Source: Chrysomallon squamiferum (lineage: Eukaryota; Animalia; Mollusca). From it: a stretch of 64,000 bases of DNA. Location: the NCBI GenBank assembly GCA_012295275.1, contig CM022672.1, positions 25,296,001 to 25,360,000 of the forward strand, given 5' to 3'. Shown here piece by piece: positions 16,001 through 30,150 of this stretch; the stretch's first letter is position 1; each line of letters starts with the position of its first letter. The notes beneath the pieces are model-generated. The model worked only from the letters and a program-made list of their open reading frames with translations. It did not search any database and had not been told where the DNA came from. Made by a program: the position numbers and the translations under genes.

Positions 16001-17656
16001 ACAGTTCAAGCTATCTCAATAATGTCAGACTATCGCACAATTCTGCCATTTAGAAACATAACTTATGATGAAGCCATTTAATTAAATACTAAGAATACCT
16101 TATAATAATATTTCTCTTTTCTTTCTCAAATTTCAATTTAAATAAAATAATTTAAATCAAGTCAATGACATTTAAAATTTTGTTAAGATAACCTACATTT
16201 TTTTTCCAATAATAAAATCCATCCACTAAACACAGACACATGCACACAGATAGATAGACTGATATGAATTACTTCTAATGAGATAGAGAAAAATACTGTG
16301 AAATTCAAAGGGTTCAAGCAGTTGAACAGACCTACAGTGGCATGACTAAATGGTCTAATAAACTATTTTTTATACTTCTAAGTTATTATTTTATTAGCAT
16401 GGGCAATCTATTATCACTTATAACAAGTAAACCCTGTCATTTACGTATCCACAGCTGAAGCTGGAATGTACAGAGAGGCTTAAAGCTGTATTTTGTTCTG
16501 ATAACAGTAGAACAAATTATAGTAAACTGGAATTCTACTGAAAAAACTGACCACGTGCTTTCAATTTGTACTTTTTCGATATTGTATTTTGTTATTACTT
16601 ATGATATCATTGCAAAGAATAAATTTAAAAAAATAAATAAATAAAATAATTTTAATTTTTTAAAATAATCTGGTAACATGCAAAATATATAACACGATAT
16701 CATGTATAATCAAAGGTACACTTTCTATAAACCTCTGATCTACAGATACTAACTTAAGCATTAGGTAGAAGTCATAATAATAATAATCATCATAATATTA
16801 ACAACAATAATAAAATAATAATAATAATAACGTTTGCTTTTTAACAGATATAAAAGGAAATCTGGTAAGCAACAAAAAAGAAAGTAATGACATTCAATGA
16901 TGCCAATAAATATCTGACATACAAGTTTGTGCATGTAGTAAATAAGGTGTACACAAACAAATGTAAATGATTTTGTTATGGAAATATCTATTATATGTCT
17001 GTATTGATCAAGAACTATATTTTGTATTATAAATCAATACTTTAGCATTTATGGATATCAAAAATTGGAAGAAAACAAAGTTGCTTCAGTATTATACTAT
17101 TGTATTTTTTTCTGTCTTTTACTTTTAATAATACCTAATAAATATTTACAGAAAAGAAAATATAACATTGTGAAAATGCAGAAAACAGTTCGTACATTAA
17201 CCCATGACAGACACACTTACACACAAAATAATTCAAACATGTAACTACTACCAATACTACATTGTAATGTATAGTAATATTTTTTACACAACAGTATTAA
17301 ATAACAACTTTCAAGTAACACAGAATGTTTCTAAAATATCAGTTTCAAATCAAGGTGATTTTAAGGACACTTGTTTTGGCCCCTGTTCAAACTATCACAG
17401 ACAAATACTTAGAAGATGAAAGGATAAATATAAACCTAAATCCCAGCCAGGTAATTGTAACACTGCAAATTACTTCTTAATGAATAACCTATTTTACATT
17501 CTCTCTACAAAGAAGCTTAGATCTGGTTCTGAAAGCTATTTGGCTTGTATTAATAAACACACATACTTATGATACTTTAACATGTGAATATAGGTGAATG
17601 GATTTAAATGTCACACCTACCTACCAACCTACCTACCTGCAAACCAATGTACATAC

Positions 17657-17691
<35 letters not shown>

Positions 17692-18486
17692 CACATATGT
17701 ATATGATCTGTAAGTAATAAATAAGAACAGAAAAGCATTTATGAAGATAGGCAGAAATGAGGAGATACTTCATACACAAAAACACTCAAGTACACGTATT
17801 AAGAGAGGAAGTATCTGTTCCACTGCCAACAGAGATTCTTAGACAAGACACACTTTTATCTCTTAAGTACTAATGCAGAAATATTTGTGTAAACTCAGGA
17901 CTATTATTGTTTATGGAAAGTGATCAGTGAATCTCAATATTTAGGCATGATTCTGAGCTACAACCAAGTTGTAAAGAAACAATTGTAATGACAAACAAAA
18001 CAGGAATGAGTAAATAAAGACTGAGATAAAATATGAGGCTCTTGCAATCTGTAACTAGAAACTGTGTTGAAATGAAGTGTTTATTTTTAGTATATGTATT
18101 TGTACATCACTCAAGATTCTCAGTTTACTTTGTGTGTAGGAGGTAATAGTATACCCTTCATTTCTTTTTAAAGTTTATCTAAAAACAATATACACATATA
18201 TACATATATACATACATGTATACATACAAAAAGACATATGTTCATATATGTATGCACACACATAATAAAAAATTATTTTTTCCTTTTGTTATATAAAAAC
18301 ATATTCAAAACAAATTAACTGTAATAGTTGAAAATAAATAAATAATAATAAAACTTGAAATAACTATTTCACTTCAAGTTATTAAAACCCAAAATGAATT
18401 ATTAATAATAATGATAATAATAATAATAATAACAACAATAATAATTAATAGAGTAAATAAAAAAAATAAACAAAAACCATATGAAC

Positions 18487-18548
<62 letters not shown>

Positions 18549-19184
18549 ATATACACAAGACATTTTATTCTTGATAATGTGCCAAGCTGTGGTCTGATGT
18601 GGTTTGAGGAGGTTTTTTTCCTTTTTGTCAGCATATCTTTACATATGACTAGTACACAACATTCGATTAGCTAAACAATATTAGTTACTGTAAATGTGTT
18701 TTATTATTATTTTTTTTTAATATGAAGGAAAAAATAGCTCACTTATTCAAGCATTATGATTGTATGTTATTTTGAAAAATCAGAAAACTTTATTTTAAAA
18801 TGATAATAATGAATAAATAAATAAATAAATAAATAAATAAGAAAACCAAAATTTACTCATGAATCAGGTCAGATGATTTTACTTTATTTTGAAACAATAA
18901 TACGAAGAAGAAAAAACTTTCAATTCTAATGCCGGCAAAATGATTACCATTTTCAATTTTTGCTTTGTGTTAAAAAGAAAAATAGAAAAAGATATACAGC
19001 AATAAACACCACCACCAAATATGATTCTGAACTTGAAAAGAATGAATATAATGAAGTCATAACTTGAGAATTTATGTGTAATGCCTTAAGAAATAAGTGA
19101 CTTTCTAATAAATAAACTTGTTTTAGACAGCCAAAAGATCGATGGAAAGCAATGGAAAGAATGAGAAATCAGATTATTACTTAC

Positions 19185-19285
19185 TTGACGAACTGGTTGA
19201 CATGCTGCATGGAGGCCTCATAGTTTTTACCTCCAACCTCCTGACAGTGTACAGCTACAAGTCCTGGTTGAAGGCGATCAATACA
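19185..19285 (-). CDS. INPP5A: INPP5A coding exon 3 (CIDRLQPGLVAVHCQEVGGKNYEASMQHVNQFVK)
   Basis: Contains HCQE.GGKNYEASM, the diagnostic INPP5A motif; 101 nt, ttttcacag acceptor, GTAAGT donor. Confidence 0.95.
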
Positions 19286-19320
19286 CTGTGAAAATAAATA
19301 AATAAACACACATATATATA

Positions 19321-19861
19321 CAGGGTGTCCCAAAAGTAACCGAACTGCAAACTTAAATAAAATTAGATATTTAAAATAACAAATTTAATTCCATCTTTTA
19401 TGTCATTTTATGTTATCTTCTGTCAGTACTAGTCTTTGGAATGATTTTTGTCACCTGATTGTAGTGTTCTTTGTGATTGAGAATTCTGTTTTACTGTGAT
19501 AATGCGGACATCTATGATGTTGTGTTTTAATACTGTTCAGCTAGGGACCAATCAAATGGCCTGCAAGATCCCCGGATCTGACACCTACCTGATTTCTTTC
19601 TATGGGGAGTTCTAAAAATGCAGTTTATGCTAATAAACCTAGGACCATTGATCAACTGAAACAAAGTATTCAGCACGAATGGAACCAAATTTCAGTGGAA
19701 ACTTGCCAAAAAGTATGTCGCAGTGTTGTCAAAAGGTGTTGTGATTGTATTGAAGTTCAAAGTAGACATTTTGAACATTTGTAAATTGTAAATACTAAAT
19801 ATACAAATTAAATATCTAATTTTATTTAAGTTTGCAGTTTGGTTACTTTTGGGACACCCTG
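19321..19861 (+). mobile_element. Internally deleted Tc1/mariner DNA transposon (541 bp) in INPP5A intron 2
   Basis: ~54-bp terminal inverted repeats (CAGGGTGTCCCAAAAGTAACC...), one mismatch, TA on both flanks. Frameshifted transposase C-terminus WPARSPDLTP..DFFLWG..KNAVYANKPRTIDQLK. Confidence 0.92.
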
Positions 19862-20100
19862 TATATTCTTACAGTTATAGAATATTCTGGACTGTAACAA
19901 GTTTTCCACAATTTGATTTTTTAAAATATAAATACATACATATTTACACTTGCATTTACACACAGACACACATACACACAGACACACACAACAAACAAAG
20001 AGATAAAATATTATTAGCTTTAAACAACGGAGCTTATCTTTAATAAATCAGATATCATAATACTGTTAGCACCTAATGCATTGTCAAGAGTAACATTTAC

Positions 20101-20142
20101 CTGTAAAAATGCTTTAAGCCATGGTTTGAACATAACATCTGG
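20101..20142 (-). CDS. INPP5A: INPP5A coding exon 2 (PDVMFKPWLKAFLQ)
   Basis: 42-nt exon with tttttcag acceptor and CAG|GTAAA donor. Aligns to PENLQKNWLREFYQ; phases fit exons 1 and 3. Confidence 0.85.
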
Positions 20143-20533
20143 CTGAAAAATAAGAAAAACACTTTAGGGTAAAAAAATGTGTTTGTAAAATGAAAATCCA
20201 AAAATAACTAAGAAATAAATCCATTAAACTGACTCCAAAATACAATAAAATATAAAAATACACAGTGACTTTCATAATTAACATTATGATCAGAACACAA
20301 ATTTGTTTTATGATATACATATATATAAAAACACACAGACACACACATGTCTACATGTGCAGAATGTCTATTTAACTGATTTGATTTAATGACAGTCTTA
20401 TGAATGTAGTGTGGACTAACTTATGGACTGTAAATAAAGGTTTTTGCAATTAATATTTTTAAAATTTAGAAACAAAATCAGCAACAAATATTATCTATTA
20501 CAAAGCATTTATTTATTTATATTATAATTGTTA

Positions 20534-20594
<61 letters not shown>

Positions 20595-21139
20595 TTTATA
20601 ATTTATTTATTTATTTAATTGTGATGTTGTATTGGTTTCTTTATATAGCATTAAGTTTTACTTATGAACATAACAAGACACATCATTTAATACAATTCAG
20701 TTAAAAACAAACTATGTCAATTATGATTAAATTAATGAAACAGAATTTTAATCTGAAAAAAATTAGAATGTACCATATATTCAAAAAGAAAATCCCAGTC
20801 TTCAACAGCACAAAGTACAATAATAAAAACAAACAAACAATAAATAAAAATTATAAATTGTTAGTGTGTGTCTGTGTGTGCGTGCATATGCATGTCATCA
20901 TGAGGGTGTCCAGTCAACAAGTCTGTAACATGACTGTATAAACTTAAAAAATAAATGAATAAAAATCAGAAATGCAATGACTAAATAAACTATTCTGTTA
21001 AATGGATTTATCAACAGTTTCTCAGGTTACTTTGAACTATTGATTACACACATTTGTGACAAGGAGTTCTTGGTTATTGATTTATTCATTGATTTTACCA
21101 GCTGTTTAAAATGATTACATTTCTTGGTTTTTGTTGTTG

Positions 21140-21189
<50 letters not shown>

Positions 21190-23009
21190 GAATATATGAT
21201 TTAAATTAAACAATTTGTTTGGAAATCCAGGTTTCTTTTAATATATCTCACAGTTATTACATTACACTATTTCCTTTTTATCTGTCTTTCAATTTACATT
21301 CACTATCTCTCAAAATGAAATATTACACATATACATGTGTCTGTGTGTGTGCATGCATGTGTAAAATATATGTAAGGTAATTCAGGGCACTAAACCTGTT
21401 ATTATCAGTTGTATGTATTGGGCAATAAAATATGTATTTAAAAAAAAAAAAATAATAGTAATAAAATATTTTAAAAAGTAAATATAAAAAACAAAAATAA
21501 AAAAAAATAAAGAACTAAAAGAAATGAATGATTTTCCTTCATGAACTATATATATATATTTTATATTTATTTATTGTTTTTGGTTTGTTTATTAATAAAT
21601 TATCTAGTTGAGCTCATATTCTGTGATGTCAGATAACATACAATACTTTAATAACAACAACAAAATAATAATAACAAAGGTCTCCTTTATACTTATCAGA
21701 AATAAAATAAAAATAAAATTTAAACAAAAGTTTCAGTGAACTCTGCATATACACAGATAAGCTACACATTTTTAATAAAACAAATATAATGTAGGTTTGT
21801 ATGTAATACTTAACTTAAAACTATATTTAATCTTCTTTTTTAACTTTAAAAACAATTCTGAATCAGTTATCACTGGACAAATTACAAAAAAAGAAGCATG
21901 TGTTAAAAAATTTAAATTTTTAAGATGTAAAAAAATTAACTAGTTAAAAGTCACTAATGTTACTTAACAATCAGGCTGTATTTCAGTAATAAGAACAGAC
22001 TTGACACTGTGTATATGTGTATGTGTTTTCTGTGTGTATAGGTTTGTTTAACAAGCAGGCTAATAACTATTGCATACAAACTTTACTGGGACAGTAGCTA
22101 TCTAGAAGTCATTTAAATAAACAATACATTTTTTAATTGATATATATATTAAATAATAATAATAATAATAATATTTGTAACTTAGACCGAGTTTATCCTG
22201 GATCTATAATAAAGAGTAAGATGTCAGCTTGTCACTGGTAAAACAAATAAATACTTAAAATGACATTTAATATATACATATTCATAAATTCTGTCACATT
22301 TTTACTACAGAAATACACTTGTGTACTTGTTTATATTAATGAACAACCTGCATTTACATTTGCTAAATATGCAGAGTACATTGCCTGGATTGCCTCACTG
22401 GATATTAACAGTAACATTTGATACTGTCATTGTCATGAATAAGGTATTAAAACAAAAAAATAACCTGATTAAATTGCTAAATGTAATTATTATAACCTGA
22501 TCAAAATATGTAATATTCAATATGGTACCAGCACTTACTCAAGGACATAAATTAGTTAGCAAATTAAAATAACAAAGAAGAATTTAAATGAGATGCTAAT
22601 CATAAATTAGAATCAGCAGTACAAAGGTTAATATTAAAATTTGTCTGGTATGTTAGATTCACATTATCTGTAATTTCCTGTAATCATAACAAGACAGGAA
22701 CAATAAAATGAAACAAAGTTAAGTGATCACTCATTAAATTCCTGAAATTATAAAGTTGACAATTTTAGATTAACAATTGGGCAAAACAAAACAAAACAAA
22801 CAAAAATAATTCTATTTTAGAAAATCAAAGAAACTTTTTTCTAGGTGTTTTAGTATTTCTCTTTACTTTGTTTTCCAAATGTTATAATTCTTTTATCTAT
22901 CTACAGGTAAGATTTTATTAACACAGTATGACTTTCACCAGTGGTTTTACATCTATCTTGATACAATTTGTTTCTGACAGATTATTTATATTCTTTATAA
23001 ATACAAAAA

Positions 23010-23040
<31 letters not shown>

Positions 23041-23666
23041 TATTTATTTATAGATATAAACTATGTATGCTTATATTCAACACATTTTTATATTGATAAC
23101 TAATAGTAAGGTGTCTGTATCTATTATATTAATAAAAGTGATATGAGAGAGAAAAACCCCAAGGGCTACCCTTATTGATCTGTGATGCAGCTGGAAAGAA
23201 CTGTCTGTGGCATTTGATATAAACTAGTTACTGACAATAGCCAAAGACTGCTAGAAAATGCACATTTGGATTACAGAAGAATTATTGTCTTCAGTGGGTT
23301 GCAGGCAGTAAATAATTTCACTTACACGTGCACATCAGATAAGCTTCAACTACAGATCCATGTACTAGTTCCAGTACACAGTGATCTTCCTAACTGTATA
23401 GTCTGCTGTACATGTTATACAAAAGTATAACTCTGGCACTGTATCAAACTGCAGGTGGTAAACCAAGATGACAAAACGTCTGAGAAAATTACATCACAGA
23501 AGTACTGGGTCTAATTGTTGATTGTTTACTAAAATGTTTACTCTACCGAATATATGATTAATTTTTATTATTAGCATGTATAACATTATATACTATATTT
23601 AACAATGTTATATATAAATTATAATTATGTTAATCTTAAAATAAAAAAAATAAAAATAAAGAAAAA

Positions 23667-23709
<43 letters not shown>

Positions 23710-24089
23710 AAATTCTTTGTAGTTTTTTCCCCCTACACTGCTTGGATGAATCTTAGCATAAAAAACATTTTAATTATTCCTGTAATAATTATCTTAATCA
23801 TTACATGGTCTGACATTACATAAATGCCACTGTGTATGAAATAGAGAATTATAGCTTATGACTTTAATATAATCTATAGTATACTGCATAGCTAGCTAGC
23901 TGTTCAGTCTCAGCGGGCTTAAAATATTTACATTCGTGACCATTTCGCATTGAAATAAATCAACACAAGTATAGTCAAGGCATATATTGAGTGTAAAGAT
24001 GCATAAAACGGGAACTAATAATTTACTGATAAACATGTTTCAAGAATTAAGTACAACAAGAATTTTGACAGCTACCAATGTGCGCTCAC

Positions 24090-24161
24090 CTCTTCGAAAA
24101 TAGACCCGACATTCGCACTGACTAGCAAGATTTTACAACAATCCCCGTTCATCTTCCGCAT
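24090..24161 (-). CDS. INPP5A: INPP5A coding exon 1 (MRKMNGDCCKILLVSANVGSIFEE)
   Basis: Hand translation matches the recalled INPP5A N-terminus LLVTANVGSLFDD. In-frame TAA directly upstream of the ATG; donor GAG|GTGAG, phase 0. A second ATG lies at 24152. Confidence 0.9.
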
Positions 24162-24340
24162 TTATCGAAGATCCAAACAAAATATGGTTATTTACTAAAA
24201 CTGTGTTCGAGGCATAAAATGCAACAATCTTTCATGATGCACTCAATACATAATCCTCCTGCAGACATCCTACATTCGGTATTTTTCGTAACTTGCTAAT
24301 GAAGTTTTTGACGTCACACAGGAGCGCCATCTCTAAGGGA
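24162..24340 (-). promoter_or_regulatory. Probable INPP5A 5'UTR/proximal promoter with CRE (TGACGTCA, 24309-24316) and YY1-like GCGCCATCT (24324-24332)
   Basis: Locally CpG-richer sequence directly upstream of the start codon; motifs read by eye; TSS unknown. Confidence 0.45.
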
Positions 24341-24416
24341 GATTACTCTAATACAATTATTCTATTGATTAGGTACAATGCTAGTATTGTCGTTGTTAAA
24401 TATTCATTGCATTCAG

Positions 24417-24477
<61 letters not shown>

Positions 24478-24608
24478 CCACTAAAAAAACTTTTTAATAA
24501 TAATACAAACTTAATAACTTATCATTTGAAGAAGTACAGTTGTTTCGCTATTTCTGATAAAGACAAAATTTAAACTAATAAATCATATTAATTTTATTTC
24601 TCTCTTAA

Positions 24609-24644
<36 letters not shown>

Positions 24645-24944
24645 AATACTAAGTGGCAAAACGTGTGTTTCTCTTAAAAATTAAATTTGATTTGGTGCAT
24701 AATTAATATATTAGATCAATGTAAATTATTTAAGATAAGATAACCTATATGCACCATATAATATAAAGGAAACTGAAACGAAAACAGAAGTAACAAAAAA
24801 TATTAAGCCATATAAAAAGTAACGATGCGATAAGTAGCGACTGATATGTTTCTGGGGCAGAGGGAGCGATTAAAATGTTTGTGTAAAAACCTTAGTGATT
24901 GCATGACATTCCTAAAATATCTTATTGTTCTTCATGATTCTTTC

Positions 24945-24994
<50 letters not shown>

Positions 24995-25205
24995 TAGAAG
25001 AAGAAGAAGAAGAAGAAGAAGAAGAAGAAGAAGAAGAAGAAGAAGAACGTAGTAAATTATCTACAGCTCATTAGGGATTTTTCTATATCAAATTAATAAT
25101 TTATGTTTACCAAATAACCGTCTGCGTAAAATAGAAAATATAATTTTCTGTGCGTTTGTATGTATGTACCTATGTATATCTGTGTTTTAATTTTAGCATC
25201 AAAAT

Positions 25206-25302
<97 letters not shown>

Positions 25303-25747
25303 GCTATATATATCAAACACACAAACACGCACAGACTAAGGGAACAAATAACTAATTTGGTCTATATAGGAAAAATTAAACATTTTAAATCTGATTTTAA
25401 CTGATTTTCGTCCTTCTGCGTAACACTGTTTAAAAATGATAACATTAACATTTTTGGAATTTCTTACAATTTGAAAAACACTTTTTAAACATACTATGTC
25501 TTTTTTGTTTTATATATATAATAAAATACTCTTTAAATGTATCGGCAGTGAGTCACCCGATGTCTGACACCACACCTTGTAAGAGTTAAAACGGAAACAA
25601 ATACTTAGGAGTGATGACCGCTTAGTTGTCACCTTAGGAACTGGAAAAAAAAAAAATAAAAAAAAAAATATATATATATATATATATACTAATTGTTTTG
25701 TTTTGTTTTGTTGGTGTTTTTTTATTTTTTTTTTTTTTTTTTTATTA

Positions 25748-25800
<53 letters not shown>

Positions 25801-26963
25801 AGAAAAAAAATTAAAAGAAAAAAAACGAAAGAAAGAAAAAGAAATTAGTTTTTAAATTTGTATTTCCAACATAATTAGTAACAACACCTACTACACGCAG
25901 AGCTAGGACAGACGCACACACACGCAGTGACTCACAGTAAAACGCACATCTAGAACTATCCCTGATTTCGGAAATGCGTAAAAAGTTTTTTCTTTGTTTA
26001 AAAAATTAAATCAGCTGTCAGACTTTGTGGAGAAAAACAAGCAACTGATGGGATCCAAGAAAGATATAAGTGAAATAATATTTATTTATTATTTTGTAAA
26101 ATTAGTTTACCTGTCTGGCCCATTATTACTATTTCTGTCTGTATGTGTGTGTGTGTGCATGTACGTACGTACGTACTTAAGTAGTACATGTATACTTGTT
26201 TTCTGTCTCTTTTTATCAATGTCTGTGTGTATTTGTGTCTGTTTGACTGTATGTAACAACTGTAACAACACTAAGAACAACAGCAGAAGCAGGAACGACA
26301 ACAACGATAACCACCATACCACAGCAATAACAACAACAATAACAACAACGAAAATGATGATCAAAATAACAGTAAATAAATAAATGAAGGTTTATCTCCC
26401 AGTCCGGACTACATCCTAACGAACGGATCAATGGACACCTTCAGAAATCATATATCAACTAATTGGACATCAGACAGAGATACGTATCTGAATATGTTCT
26501 TTATTCTTAACGAAAGGAAATATCCCTAAAGTATTAATCAGAGTAGTCGTACGTTTAATGTGAGTTGAATAAGAGGCTTCACCTGACATATGTATTTTTC
26601 TTAGTTACGTTTCTTTACCTTGAATTTGAATGTTCGAAGTACCGCTAATCTGTAATCATAGAGTTAGAAGCCAGGAACCGAACATAAAACAACATTACTA
26701 ATACTGTACAAGTATTAATAAAAATACTAATTAAAAAAACAAGTTGTAACACTGTTTTACAAAATTTAAAAAATCAACTCACGCGTCATGAACAAGCAAA
26801 GGATATATATATATATATATAAAGAACTGTTTTACAAAATTTAAAAAAACCATCTCTCCAAAATCATGCACTGCTTTCTTCTCTGTAATAATAACACACA
26901 AACAGAATTCAGATATATATATATATATATAACAGTTTATATATATTCATACATTTCTACATA

Positions 26964-27948
26964 TAGAACAGTTTTAAATACAGTTCAGTAAATTTGTACA
27001 CTTACTAGAACAGTTTTAGATACAGTTCAGTACATTTGTACACTTACTAGAACAGTTTTAAATACAGTTCAGTAAATTTGTACACTTATTAGAACAGTTT
27101 TAAATACAGTTCAGTAAATTTGTACACTTACTAGAACAATTTTAAATACAGTACAGTATTTGTACTCTTATTAGAACAATTTTAATACAGTACAATACAT
27201 TTGTACACTTACTAATACAGTTTTAAATACAGTACTATACATCTGTACACTTACTAGGACAGTTTTAAATACAGTACAGTATATTTGTACAATAACTACA
27301 ACAGTTTTAAATACAGTACAGTACAATTGTATAACTGGAATAATTTTAAATGCAGTACAGTACATTTGTACATTTACTAGAACAGTTTTAGATACAGTTC
27401 AGTACATTTCTACACTTACTAGAACAGTTTTAAATACAGTTCAGTAAATTTGTACACTTACTAGAACAGTTTTAGATACAGTTCAGTACATTTGTACACT
27501 TACTAGAACAGTTTTAAATACAGTTCAGTAAATTTGTACAGTTACAGTTCATTTTAAATACAGTACAGTATTTGTACACTTATTAGAACAATTTTAATAC
27601 AGTACAATACATTTGTACACTTACTAGTACAGTTTTAAATACAGTACTATACATCTGTACACTTACTAGGACAGTTTTAAATACAGTACAGTATATTTGT
27701 ACAATAACTACAACAGTTTTAAATACAGTACAGTACAATTGTATACTTACTGGAATAATTTTAAATGCAGTACAGTACATTTGTACACTTACTAGAACAG
27801 TTTTAAATACAATACAGTATTTGTACACTTATTAGAACATTTTTAAATACAGTACAGTATTTGTACACTTACTAGAACAGTTTTAAATACAGTACAGTAA
27901 ATTTGTACACTTACTAGAACAGTTTTAAATACAGTAAAGTACATTTGT
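26964..27948. repeat. 41-42-bp minisatellite (cttactagaacagttttaaatacagttcagtacatttgtaca) downstream of TIR copy 1
   Basis: Over 20 tandem units; variant units recur as a higher-order block. Confidence 0.92.
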
Positions 27949-28279
27949 TATTTGTTATTTGATATAAGTAATATGATATATATATATATATATATACAAT
28001 CAAACTAATTTTTATTAACATTTTTTTTTATACAAAGCTTCTTGTTTTTATATGTGTACTTAAAAGGTTTAATTCGTCCGTTTCTCAAGTCAAAGTCTTT
28101 GATGACGTCCTCAGATCCGTTGCTAGAAAACTAATTATTCTTCTGAGGCTGCTACAATGTGCTAACTTTGCCTATAGGATAATACTGCCTTCAAGATGAA
28201 ATGACTTCCATCACAGTTATCAAAATTAGAAGAGGAAGGGAGACAATCACTATTTGCGCTCTCACTGACATAAATTTAG

Positions 28280-28356
28280 TTAAAAGTATGGCTGATCAGG
28301 TTTGGATAGAAGGTGACATGCCATTCTGAATGAATGTTCTCCGAAACTAAGGTTAC
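28280..28356 (-). CDS. TIR copy 1 terminal exon C (SNLSFGEHSFRMACHLLSKPDQPYF*); full model 385 aa
   Basis: tttttattatttttccag acceptor, phase 1. Peptide homologous to the independently predicted terminal exon at 58774-58874. Confidence 0.72.
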
Positions 28357-28401
28357 CTGGAAAAATAATAAAAAGCAAGCAAATAAACAAACCGACAAGC
28401 A

Positions 28402-28447
<46 letters not shown>

Positions 28448-28917
28448 TAAATAAATAAATAAATAAATAAATTAATTAATTAATTAAAGGTCTTATAGCT
28501 GATAGATGCAGGTTCCACATAGAAATAGTTAACATCATCGCACGAGCTTTAGTCCTTTGAATATCTGAACAGTTTTCCCATTGCATTATCGTGTATAGTT
28601 CTTAATTATAATACTAATTACGCTTTCTTCCATTGGTCCTAATTAAAAATTTGTTTCTCATCCATTTTCTACTTTTTTCTTTATCAAACACAAACACAAG
28701 ACAGCGAAAAAAGCGAGCGAGCGAGAGAGAAAGATAGGGCAACAATAGCAACGACAATAACAAATCAAAGAAAACAAAACAACACTATAAGAGACAGAAA
28801 ACATAGAAAAACAAAATAAAACACACAAACACATACACAAACAAAAATAAGTAATCAAATAAATCAAATAAATGATAATGATAATAATAATAATAATTTA
28901 AAAAAAAAAAACAATTC

Positions 28918-28960
<43 letters not shown>

Positions 28961-29038
28961 AACCAAATAAAACCAAACAAAACGAAACAACAAGAAATAT
29001 TAATAAACACGTAAAATGAATATAAACATGTAACTAAC

Positions 29039-29176
29039 TAGATGGAAGCGATATACTGGAAAAGACAGACGACATTTTGTTCCAGCCAGAAGACAGCAGA
29101 ACTCGGACACTGCTGAAAGATTCCAACTCAGCCGGACTTCCACTGCTGCCGCTTATATTGAGTTCAGAAAACGCCA
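29039..29176 (-). CDS. TIR copy 1 exon B (VAFSELNISGSSGSPAELESFSSVRVLLSSGWNKMSSVFSSISLPS), 138 nt, phase 1-1
   Basis: ttttgttctatttcag acceptor, A|GTTAGT donor. Shares the AFSE start with exon A and LLSSG..MSS.F with the hybrid exons. Confidence 0.68.
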
Positions 29177-29806
29177 CTGAAATAGAACAAAATTTGTGTG
29201 ATTTGCAGTCTGAGTTCTCACCATGTACAAATCTGCTTTGTGCAAAATATACCAGGGGTTGTGTTTGCGTCAGAAACGTTCGTTCATTGTTACGCTCTAC
29301 ATGGAAGCCTGCAAGGAAGCCTTGATACTCACTGTTGATAGTTCTGTGTTGAATTTGTGTGTTGATGTTTTGTAGTGGTAATGTTTTCTTTGTGAGGAAG
29401 GGTTGTTAAATACTTTTACATTTAAGCAAATAGTGTACAACTTGAAATAGCACCGTTTATGTTTTAAGTGTTTGCGTCTGTGTATGTGTATATATATACA
29501 TGCAACACCAACACCACACACAGACACCAAACGTGCACACACATACATACACGGATATTAATGATATAATTTCTGTTAAAAATAATAAATGGATTTGTAT
29601 GTAGAAAGCTTATTTATGACATGCGAGAAAATATCTCTCTCTATCTACTTGTGTATGTATTACCTCTCTCTATGTATGTATGTATGTATCTACGTATGTA
29701 TATCTATGTTTGTATGTGGGTATGTATATCACGCAAACAAACAAATTCATGCACATACATGATACACAAAAAGACATATGACAGACACAGTTTATTATAA
29801 CAGTAC

Positions 29807-29989
29807 CTGGGTTTGGGCTGGAAACTCGTTTGGTGTTTTCCGTGGAAGGAGATATGGTGAATGACTTCTCTCTGTAATAGCTATAGGACCTCTCGATGAA
29901 GCTGTAGTTTTGGTATTCATCGGCTTCTCTTTTCTGTGCCATATTGACGTTCATAACCTCACTGTCACCTCCCTTCATTTCACTAAAAG
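29807..29989 (-). CDS. TIR copy 1 exon A' (tandem duplicate of exon A), 183 nt, phase 1-1
   Basis: Same splice sites as exon A; net 27 nt shorter, frame kept. Confidence 0.65.
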
Positions 29990-30033
29990 CTAATGAATGC
30001 ATGAATGAATAAATAAATAAACAAATAGAGAGA

Positions 30034-30150
<117 letters not shown>

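Noticed and set aside
380-26431. Dozens of 60-130 aa ORFs (poly-I/Y/L, THTH, RERE, CVCV)
   Set aside because: Translations of (AAT)n, (CA)n, (GA)n and (TA)n microsatellites or AT-rich intron sequence; no coding signal.
25590-26655. Scattered minus-strand splice-like sites between the TIR cluster and INPP5A
   Set aside because: No consistent reading frame or homology; cannot be told from chance without RNA data.
27171-27828. Repetitive MYCTVFKTVLVSVQ ORFs, and a possible CRISPR-like array
   Set aside because: Head-to-tail 42-bp minisatellite with no unique spacers; 41-bp units break the frame; eukaryotic context with no cas genes.
24090-28356. Functional link between INPP5A and the TIR cluster via phosphoinositides
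   Set aside because: INPP5A acts on soluble IP3/IP4 rather than membrane PIP2, and adjacency in an animal genome is not evidence of a shared pathway.
29077-29548. Plus-strand ORF MFQPEDSRT... and minus-strand ORF 29297-29548 (also 38363-38829)
   Set aside because: Antisense shadow of exon B and intronic sequence; a 1-nt indel between copies breaks the longer frames.
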